The notes under the pieces were generated by a model. That model was not told where the DNA came from, made no database searches, and was given only the letters and a program-made list of their open reading frames with translations. From positions 16,522 through 80,521 of the forward strand of contig CAYJRR010000002.1 in NCBI GenBank assembly GCA_964372275.1: DNA of 64,000 nucleotides, given 5' to 3'. Both the position numbers and the translations under genes were made by a program. Origin of the DNA: an uncultured bacterium. Lineage in GTDB: Bacteria > CAYJRR01. Of this stretch, positions 56,001-62,280 are shown in pieces; the stretch's first letter is position 1; every line of letters starts with the position of its first letter.

Positions 56001-56219
56001 TATCGCTCGAACCCCGGTCTGGTCCCCCTGGTCGCCGGGATCCGGACCCTTCCTTCGCTCGCCGAGGTGCAGGGCCAGGTCGGCATCCGCAATGCGTGGG
56101 TGGGTGGTGAGGGGGACTCGATCACGCTGGTCAACGTCGCCACCAACGGAGCCATCACGACGATCGATCCCATCGGCGCGTTCCCGGAGTCGTCGGTCAC
56201 CTCGCTGATCGAGCCGTAG
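53046..56219 (+). CDS. Large lipoprotein: PKD-like domains + beta-propeller-like region
   Basis: The ATG at 53046 gives the lipobox AAVTLTAC. Two PKD-type motifs (DPQGDALVRCRF, DDDGDRLFFCWS) are followed by about 800 aa of beta-rich repeats. 1057 aa. Confidence 0.7.
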   Translation: MRAARPTPLLAAATAAVTLTACLPERDNPQDPANRPAAVLNVDSGPFDNYEGECEPATESSVTTVTRGQCLHLTAEGTTDPQGDALVRCRFTLLASPPIAVSSSCGSAAVVISSTALRAVGVGEYELLLEVEDARGDEGSTSTTLSLANTVPTAVSPGLRVVNNWGAAWRSDPGGSWDDRPNLRVHFSGASSVDDDGDRLFFCWSVVKGAERLANGSLPVGMANDSIQASARAMLVPNSQCFESPDLEVEVEPIPGGESDSITLQLQVVDDWTVSNVARSTVVLSSIPGWAIEEQTGNAAIYDLARKPFVINSNYRGAPSIRFNPAPAGSFGASVLFYDHGGTNQIGRHRLDAPYGDVDVVTLGQTDAILETALSDTASGILWVFGQSNSGRVVVHAVDESSQPNLVVLDTYESATAFPSGSDSATLKVHPTTRDLWALIPFSQNAFVFRWNPNTFQIEERAALAPGTGRFLTGLSFRQPSAAGAEVEAWVFESRNVFAGQVADPTAVVYYDEVLDEAVPAGIEVPLSADALTVDPTIGTSFEFFGPEQSMVNLFDDGIATFDVCDFTDEAMVTNTAAVADIPTPAALNPTPALCLRDVEADFLPGLAHVLGRNTNVLVQRSITRYQISRFVPGGLATNSPDSLYRIKSLEGPDAEDGIWVFTENEGLGGAVKDVVYRGAGTPAEGLILRNPVPIGFSRPAIDFSTGDLWVSNALSASAVRISPDGREIDRISRVLNPQTGGEPVPLMPPSVIASDPQTGEVWIVDGGGGATSTGGGTRVFLVNPYLYRPDAATVITAMRTDLNPPLNVPAPLTLSPALVDEYIVDALSRPQGSDLVLLTRSTAQGTCAAPAAADSNNYFLRVLTRDGALSAAVCVVESFAQSAGDDRVRFARDLSTGDVCTVHRVSVSPKGALIQRFAGNPLQLRASGMAHRGYPGVDQNQEVFPNALVADPQRCWLGASDYDGSGEYGRLWLLPFASGLNQVPYRSNPGLVPLVAGIRTLPSLAEVQGQVGIRNAWVGGEGDSITLVNVATNGAITTIDPIGAFPESSVTSLIEP

Positions 56220-56338
56220 CCGGAGGGATCGGATTGCCGGGTGTGAAGCGGCGGGGGGCGAGCTAGAATCGACTCCAGGTCCGGGGCACCGCCGGAGCTC
56301 TCTTGACGCGCACGCGACGTACCCCAGGGAGGGAAGAG

Positions 56339-59300
56339 ATGCGGCGGTCCCACCCAACTGCGGCCGCCGCCCGCCGCATCGGGATCGTTCACGGACTGGC
56401 CGCCGTGCTCGCACTCGCCTCCGCCGTGGCCGCGCCGTGGCCGGCCCGCGCCCAGATCAACCTGGTCGTCCCGCAGACCGCCGGTCAGAACCAGGTTCGA
56501 TGGGACAAGTTCGACTGGAAGTTCGTGGATCTGCTTCGCGACCGCGGGGTCGGGGCCGGGGTGCGGCTCTACTACTACGAAGAGGAGCGGGAGACGGCCG
56601 AGCGCGCGGCGGCGGCGGTGGAGGAGGAGTACCTCTGGCTGGTGGAGCAGTTCGACTACAAGCCGACCGTCCGTGTCCCGTACATCCTCTACAACAGCCA
56701 CGGAGAGCTGGAGCAGACCAACCTCTTCCAGATCGGCGAGTCGACGCTCGGGGTGACCTCCCCCGAGGACCTGAAGATGACCGCCGCCTACTGGGGGGAC
56801 CACGCGCGCTTCCGACACGTGTCGCTCCACGAGATGGTCCACCAGTTCACCATCCAGAAGGTGAACGGGATCGCCGAGAAGGCCAAAGCCTACGGGACCC
56901 CGCTACAGAAGCTACCGCTGTGGTTCATCGAGGGGCTCGCCGAGTACTACTCCACGCCCGGCGGACTCGACGCCGAGGCGGAGCAGTACCTCCGCGACCT
57001 GATCGCCAACCCCGACCCGTACCGCGGATACGGACTGCCCACCTTCCTCTCCGACGACCTGCGCTCGTTCCTCTACACCTACAAGCTGGGGCAGGGCCGG
57101 GTCTACTTCCTCGCCGAGACCTACGGGAAGGCGAAGCTTCAGGAGATCCTCTCCACCTCCTACCGGCTCCGCGGATGGCGCCGAACCTCCGGACCGGAGG
57201 GGGTCGAGCCCGGTCCCGGGGCGAGCGGCCGCCGCGGCGATCGGGTGCTGGAGTTCGACGAGCTCCTGGAACGGGTCACCGGCGATTCGATGGAGAAGAT
57301 CCAGGGCCGGTGGGAGGACTGGCTCAAGCGGCGCTACTTCCGCCAATACCTCTCCGCGACCCAGGAGTTCTCCGACTTCCGCGAGGTGGAAGCGGCCCGT
57401 GCGCACCCCGATTCGTTCGTGGTCTCCCCGGACGGACACGCGCTCGTCTACCGCGGGATCGAGCCGGTCACCGGAAAAAGCCGCCTCTACCTGGTCGACC
57501 CGCGCGATCCGATGAGCCAGGCGGAGATCGTCGAGGACGGCCGTCCCGGCGTCGACACCCTGCACTACTTCGATCGGCCGGTGGTGGCGATCGACGACGA
57601 ACGGATCGCCTACGTCGCCCGCTCGGGTCCGGGGGACGTGATTCGGATCCTACGCTACCGCCACTCGGCGCGGGACGCCGAAGAGGGGAACCGCATCCAT
57701 ACCCGGGCCCGCTTCCGCGTGGGCGGCGCCCGCGAAACGTTCGACCCGCGGGGGGAGCGGATCCGCGAGATCGGATCGCCGGTCTTCTCCCCGGACGGCA
57801 AGCGGCTGGCGTTCGTCGGTCTGGACGACACCGGCGTGAGCGATCTGTGGGTGCTGGAGCTCGCGACCTCCCGATATCGCCGAATCACCCACGACCTCCA
57901 CGCCGAGAAGGAGATCGACTGGGGGAAGGCCGGAATCGTCTACTCCGCCGACGCGACCGAGAGCCGCCGCTACAACCTGTTTCTCGTCGATCCGGACGAT
58001 CCCACCCCCCGCCGGATCACCCAGGCCGACGCCAACCACCGCTATCCGCGCTTCACGCCCGAAGGGGACCGGATCGGATTTTCGGGCGACGACGCCGGGA
58101 AGTGGGACGTCTACTTCCTCTCGGTCGCCGCCGCGGTCGACCGGGCGCGCGCGTTTGCGCCGGCTCCCTCCGGGGCGCCACCGTCGCCCGGCGCGGTAGA
58201 GGCGTCCGGCGCCGGCGCGGCGACGGTGGTCGCGCTCTCCGGCGGCGGCGCGACGACGATCGCCCTGCGCGCCACGTCGGCGGTCTCGGCCGGAGCGGAT
58301 GCCGACGGCTTCGGCGCCGCGCCGAAGGAGACCGGGTACGCGCGCGCCACCGACTTCCCGACCGGGCTCACCTACCCGTTCTTCACCGCCCGGAGGATGC
58401 TGGCGCTGGGGATCAAGTCGGGCCGGTTCCGCGTCTTCTCGATCGATCGCGGCGATCTCCAGAACGAACCGCTCCCCTACCCGGCGATCGCGCCGTGGAC
58501 CCCCTGGCAGATCCCGCACCGCCCGCTCGAGCGGCCTCGGGAGTATTCGGTCCTGCGGGCCGACTCGTGGCAGCTCGAGCAGGCGTTCGCGTCGCTGGGC
58601 GGCGGCAGCATGGGGGTCGTCGGCGCCGGGTTCCTGCTGTTCAACGACCGGATGCGCGACCGGACCGTCTACGTCGTCGCCGAGGCGCGCGGGCGGCCCG
58701 ACCTCACCGACGCGCAGGCGATCTACTTCGACCGCAGCCGCCGCGTCCCGTGGGGGATTGCCGCCTTCCTCCGGCCGACCTGGATCGTCGACCCCGAGTT
58801 CTCCGACGCCAACCGGGCGATCTACGTGCTGGAGCGCAAGTTCGGCGGCGCCGCGATCCTGGAACTGCCGTTCAACCGCTACTTCCGGATCGGCGCGTCG
58901 TTCGGACTGGCCGGCACGTCGCGCAGCATCCCCTCCATCGCCGAGGACGACTCGCAGAACCTGGGCTTCGGCAACGACGTCACCGGGCGCCAGGCCTGGG
59001 AGAGGAAGAACGTCGGGGTCGAGCCCGAGATCGACGCCTCCGTCTCGGTCGGGTTCGACACGTTGATCCAGTCGTGGGAGACCGGCCCCTTGAGCGGCGA
59101 CTCGGTGGTGGCCACCGTCTCGACCTACTTCCAGCCCACGCGGGGGAGCTGGTTCGGCGACGTCGGGGTCGATGCCCAGCACTACCTGCGTCTCTACAAG
59201 ACGGTCAACCTGGGGCTCCGCGCCGCGTGGGGCCAGGCGTTCGGCGACGAGTGGCTACGCCCCTTCTGGGTCTACTCCTTCTACAACCTGCGCGGCGTCC

Positions 59301-59653
59301 CCTACTACCAGATCGGCTATCTGGTGAACGAGAAGTACACGCTGGCGCAGGCCGAACTGCAGGTGCCGCTCGACGGCCTGATCCGATTGTTGATCTTCCA
59401 GAACATCGAGGGAATCGCCGCCATCGATGCCGGATCGGTCTTCCGCCGCTACGACGAATTCGAGGAGAACCGCACCGCCGCCTTCGTCACCGGTTTCAAC
59501 TTCAACCTGGCGATCTTCCAGTTCCGCCTGCACTTCGCCAAGTCGTTCGACATCGGCGGGATCAAGCCCGGCGTTCCGCGCCCCGGCGATCGGTTCCCGG
59601 TGGTGCCGACCGGCTGGGTCACCAACTTCTCGATCCAGTACGTCTTTTTCTGA
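56339..59653 (+). CDS. Outer-membrane protein: peptidase-MA-like (HExxH) + TolB-like PD40 repeats + beta-barrel
   Basis: ATG at 56339 with GGGAGGGAAGAG upstream and a signal peptide ..AAPWPARA. HEMVHQF (56828-56842) plus WFIEGLAEYY. PD40-type repeats (VSPDGHALVY, FSPDGKRLAF, FTPEGDRIGF). C-terminal barrel ending NFSIQYVFF. Confidence 0.75.
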   Translation: MRRSHPTAAAARRIGIVHGLAAVLALASAVAAPWPARAQINLVVPQTAGQNQVRWDKFDWKFVDLLRDRGVGAGVRLYYYEEERETAERAAAAVEEEYLWLVEQFDYKPTVRVPYILYNSHGELEQTNLFQIGESTLGVTSPEDLKMTAAYWGDHARFRHVSLHEMVHQFTIQKVNGIAEKAKAYGTPLQKLPLWFIEGLAEYYSTPGGLDAEAEQYLRDLIANPDPYRGYGLPTFLSDDLRSFLYTYKLGQGRVYFLAETYGKAKLQEILSTSYRLRGWRRTSGPEGVEPGPGASGRRGDRVLEFDELLERVTGDSMEKIQGRWEDWLKRRYFRQYLSATQEFSDFREVEAARAHPDSFVVSPDGHALVYRGIEPVTGKSRLYLVDPRDPMSQAEIVEDGRPGVDTLHYFDRPVVAIDDERIAYVARSGPGDVIRILRYRHSARDAEEGNRIHTRARFRVGGARETFDPRGERIREIGSPVFSPDGKRLAFVGLDDTGVSDLWVLELATSRYRRITHDLHAEKEIDWGKAGIVYSADATESRRYNLFLVDPDDPTPRRITQADANHRYPRFTPEGDRIGFSGDDAGKWDVYFLSVAAAVDRARAFAPAPSGAPPSPGAVEASGAGAATVVALSGGGATTIALRATSAVSAGADADGFGAAPKETGYARATDFPTGLTYPFFTARRMLALGIKSGRFRVFSIDRGDLQNEPLPYPAIAPWTPWQIPHRPLERPREYSVLRADSWQLEQAFASLGGGSMGVVGAGFLLFNDRMRDRTVYVVAEARGRPDLTDAQAIYFDRSRRVPWGIAAFLRPTWIVDPEFSDANRAIYVLERKFGGAAILELPFNRYFRIGASFGLAGTSRSIPSIAEDDSQNLGFGNDVTGRQAWERKNVGVEPEIDASVSVGFDTLIQSWETGPLSGDSVVATVSTYFQPTRGSWFGDVGVDAQHYLRLYKTVNLGLRAAWGQAFGDEWLRPFWVYSFYNLRGVPYYQIGYLVNEKYTLAQAELQVPLDGLIRLLIFQNIEGIAAIDAGSVFRRYDEFEENRTAAFVTGFNFNLAIFQFRLHFAKSFDIGGIKPGVPRPGDRFPVVPTGWVTNFSIQYVFF

Positions 59654-59830
59654 CCTGCATTTCCCACCAGGCGCCGTCGCGAGGCGCGCGAGACCGGAGG
59701 CGAGGCGGGCGCGCGAGAAGCGAGCGGCGGACGCATACTTGCAGTATGCAGAGCAGCGCAGCGACGAGTCCGCCCGCCGCAGCCCCGGGATCGCGCGCCG
59801 CAGTAGGCGCCTGGTGGGAAATGCAGGTCA
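59651..59830. repeat. 25-bp perfect inverted repeat bounding a 130-bp GC-rich spacer (long hairpin) between convergent genes
   Basis: TGACCTGCATTTCCCACCAGGCGCC (59651-59675) pairs with GGCGCCTGGTGGGAAATGCAGGTCA (59806-59830). An inner hairpin GCATACT-TGC-AGTATGC lies at 59723-59739. The outer 3 nt of each arm are the stop codons of the flanking genes. Confidence 0.85.
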
Positions 59831-60085
59831 GCTGACCGGGGCGAGCTTGGCCGCCTTCGGGCGCTCCACGAAGAAGAGGCTGGAGAACTCCCCCTCCTGG
59901 ACGGCGGCGAAACACGACTGGCAGATGTCGGAGACACGCAGGGTCAGCTTGTCGCTCGGGGAGTTGCCGGCGCCGAGGCGGGTGATGTTGGCCTCGATGC
60001 GGTACCAGCCCTCCCCGGTGACCGGAAGCTCGCGGCTCTGCTCGCACAGGTCGCACTGGACGTAGGTCTTGGTGAAGACGGCCAC
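59828..60085 (-). CDS. Small CxxC..CxxC (zinc-ribbon-like) protein, last gene of the cox-sco operon
   Basis: 85-aa ORF with a GTG start and GGAGGG upstream. Motifs QCDLCEQ and ICQSCF. High GC3. Confidence 0.55.
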   Translation of the reverse strand: MAVFTKTYVQCDLCEQSRELPVTGEGWYRIEANITRLGAGNSPSDKLTLRVSDICQSCFAAVQEGEFSSLFFVERPKAAKLAPVS

Positions 60086-60157
60086 GTGACCCTCCGAGGC
60101 GGCGCCCGAACGTCTCCCATCCTAGCGCCCCCGGCAGGCGGTCGCAACCGGGCGGGC

Positions 60158-60754
60158 CTACCGTGTGAGCGTTCTCACGTCGCGCACCATCGCCTCGACG
60201 CGCGCCTCCTCGGCCGAGTCGTAGTAGCCGCGGATGCGGAGCGCGCCGTCGACCAGCACGAAGTGCGAGCCGTGGAAGATCGTCGCCGGGTCGGCGTCCG
60301 GGCCGGCCGGGCCGGCGGAGACCTTCAACCCCTCGACCACCGCCGCCTGGATCGCCTCCGGCTTGCCGGTCAGGAAGCGCCAGATCGCCGGGTCGGCGCC
60401 GTGCCGGGTGGCGAAGTCGGCGAGCCGCTCGGGTGTGTCGTGCAACGGATCGACGGTGAACGACACCAGCCGCACGTCGATCCCCTCCGCCTTCACCGTC
60501 GCCTGAACCTCCGCCATCTGCGCGGTGAAGACGGGACAGACGGTGGTGCAGCGTGTGAAGACGAAGTTGGCGATCCAGGGCCGGCCCGAGAGCTCGGCGG
60601 AGCCGAAGGCGGCTCCGGTCTGGTCGGTGAGCTGGAACGGAGGGAGCGTCCCGTAGACCTTGGGCTCGGCCGGCGAGCACGCGAAGGAGATCACCGCCAC
60701 CAGGACGACGGAACGAAGAGCGCGCTCGGCGGCGGTACGGCGTAGGAGGGCCAC
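60158..60754 (-). CDS. SCO1/SenC copper chaperone (thioredoxin fold), lipoprotein
   Basis: 198-aa ORF with a GTG start and lipobox AVISFAC. CxxxC motif FTRCTTVCP and a downstream conserved His (FHGSHFVLVD). Confidence 0.85.
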   Translation of the reverse strand: MALLRRTAAERALRSVVLVAVISFACSPAEPKVYGTLPPFQLTDQTGAAFGSAELSGRPWIANFVFTRCTTVCPVFTAQMAEVQATVKAEGIDVRLVSFTVDPLHDTPERLADFATRHGADPAIWRFLTGKPEAIQAAVVEGLKVSAGPAGPDADPATIFHGSHFVLVDGALRIRGYYDSAEEARVEAMVRDVRTLTR

Positions 60755-60764
60755 GGCCGTCCGG

Positions 60765-61049
60765 TTACCGGGGCGCCGAGCGCAGGCCCGGGCGAAGCGA
60801 AATCTCGACGGTCGCCGCCGGGGCCGCGCGAGGCTCCGGCGGCGCCGCCTCCAGCTTTCGCGCCCGGCGGGCCCAGAAGACGATGACCCCGGCGATCGCC
60901 GCCAGCAGTCCGACGATCACGGCGCCGAGGAAGAGCACCCCCGCCTTCGCCCCTTCGGTCAGCGGCGACGCCGGGTCGCCGTAGCAGACCGAGCAGGCGA
61001 GCCGGAGGAGCGGCGCGGCGGCGGCGACGAAGGGGGGGGCGGCGCTCAC
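60765..61049 (-). CDS. Small membrane protein with N-terminal CxxC (CSVCYGDP)
   Basis: The GTG at 61049 overlaps the TGA of the upstream 68-aa ORF (GTGA), in frame in track ORF 60765..61313. 94 aa with one TM helix (GVLFLGAVIVGLLAAIAGVIVFW). Confidence 0.45.
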   Translation of the reverse strand: MSAAPPFVAAAAPLLRLACSVCYGDPASPLTEGAKAGVLFLGAVIVGLLAAIAGVIVFWARRARKLEAAPPEPRAAPAATVEISLRPGLRSAPR

Positions 61050-61252
61050 AGGTAGCCTTCGCCCTTCGTCTTGCGCAGGAACCACGCGGCGTACGGGATC
61101 AGCAGACCGCCGATCACCAACGAGGCGATCCCGAGCCAGAGGTGCAGCGTATTGCCGTTCACGCGCGCGTCGTGGAGCCCCCAGATCCCGAAGCCGAGGC
61201 TGAAGGTGAGCGCGACGGTGACGAAGGCGATGTGGAAGGCTTTGAGCGACAT
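61046..61252 (-). CDS. Small two-TM membrane protein
   Basis: 68-aa ORF with AGGAG 9 nt upstream of the ATG. Two TM helices and high GC3. Confidence 0.55.
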   Translation of the reverse strand: MSLKAFHIAFVTVALTFSLGFGIWGLHDARVNGNTLHLWLGIASLVIGGLLIPYAAWFLRKTKGEGYL

Positions 61253-61296
61253 GGGTTCGACTCCTGGAGGTCCGGCCTGCGGGGGCGACCGATGCG

Positions 61297-61665
61297 TCAG
61301 TGCCCCCCTCCATGCGCCGATCCGTGGGCGGCGGCGGGCGGCGCGCGGTGCGTTTCGCCCACCGAATCCCGGTCGGTCATCAGCGGGACGAGCATGCAGA
61401 CTCCGAAGAAAAACGCGGTCAAGGTCAGCGTGGCGTAGATCAGCTTCTTCTCGTCGATCAGGTGCATGAAAAAGAGGGCCACCAGGCTCCCCTTCACCAT
61501 CGCCACGGCGAGCGCCACCACCACCGCCATCGCCGGCGAGAGGTCGAGCCGCGAAACCCCCACGGTGACCACCGTCAGGACCAGAAGGGCGCCGAAGACG
61601 AACCAGTAGGTGCGGATGTGCTTGCGGAACTCTTCCGACGAATGGGCGTGTGCGTGGTCGGCCAT
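61297..61665 (-). CDS. Cytochrome c oxidase subunit IV (prokaryotic COX4 family)
   Basis: 122-aa product starting MADHAHAHSSEEFRKHIRTYWFVFGALLVLTVVTV, in frame in track ORF 61297..61791. Three TM helices. Confidence 0.7.
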   Translation of the reverse strand: MADHAHAHSSEEFRKHIRTYWFVFGALLVLTVVTVGVSRLDLSPAMAVVVALAVAMVKGSLVALFFMHLIDEKKLIYATLTLTAFFFGVCMLVPLMTDRDSVGETHRAPPAAAHGSAHGGGH

Positions 61666-61679
61666 CGGCTTGATCGCTC

Positions 61680-62276
61680 CTAGAGTAGGTAGAGCACGGG
61701 GAAAAGGAAGATCCACACCAAGTCGACGAAGTGCCAGTAGAGGCCCGTGCACTCGACCCGGCCGGTCAACTTCTCGGGGTCGGTGGTCCACATCTTCGAC
61801 CCCGGACCGAGCAGGTAGCCGATCACCACGATCCCCCCCAGGATGTGCAGGCCGTGCAGCCCGGTGATCGTGAAGTAGATCGCGTAGAACAGGTGCGACG
61901 ACGGGACGTGGCCGTGGTGGATCTTGGCGCTGTACTCGAAGTACTTCACCACCAGGAAGAAGACGGCGCAGGCGATCGTCAGCGCCATGTACACCTTGTA
62001 GCGGCCGAACTCCTTCAACTTCAAGGAGGCCCAGGCCATCACGATCGTCACCGACGAGAAGATCAGGACGACGGTGTTCATGAACGCCAGCCAGACGTTC
62101 AAGCCCATCTCCTGCCCGTGCGGCCAGTCGGGGAACCCGGTCCGCAGCAGCACGTAGGCGGAGAACAGCGCTCCGAACAGCATCACTTCGGAGGCGAGGA
62201 AGAGCCAGATGCCGAACTTCCCGTTGTTGATCCCGGTGACCGGATGCGGCTCGACGGAGTAGGGGATGACGTCCAT
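61680..62276 (-). CDS. ctaE: Cytochrome c oxidase subunit III
   Basis: 198-aa ORF with motifs GIWLFLASEVMLFGALFSAY and YWHFVDLVWIFLFPVLY. Confidence 0.9.
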   Translation of the reverse strand: MDVIPYSVEPHPVTGINNGKFGIWLFLASEVMLFGALFSAYVLLRTGFPDWPHGQEMGLNVWLAFMNTVVLIFSSVTIVMAWASLKLKEFGRYKVYMALTIACAVFFLVVKYFEYSAKIHHGHVPSSHLFYAIYFTITGLHGLHILGGIVVIGYLLGPGSKMWTTDPEKLTGRVECTGLYWHFVDLVWIFLFPVLYLL

Positions 62277-62280
62277 CTCG

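Noticed and set aside
52965-56414. N-terminal 1150 codons of the 1649-aa minus-strand ORF 51465..56414
   Set aside because: Only the last 499 codons look like a real protein (ALDH). The upstream part is antisense to the PKD/propeller lipoprotein gene and is Arg/Gly/Asp-rich low complexity.
61254-61264. GGTTCGACTCC, resembling a tRNA T-arm
   Set aside because: The flanking sequence offers no acceptor, D or anticodon arms. On the coding (minus) strand, the adjacent complementary sequence supplies the AGGAG ribosome-binding site of the 68-aa ORF.
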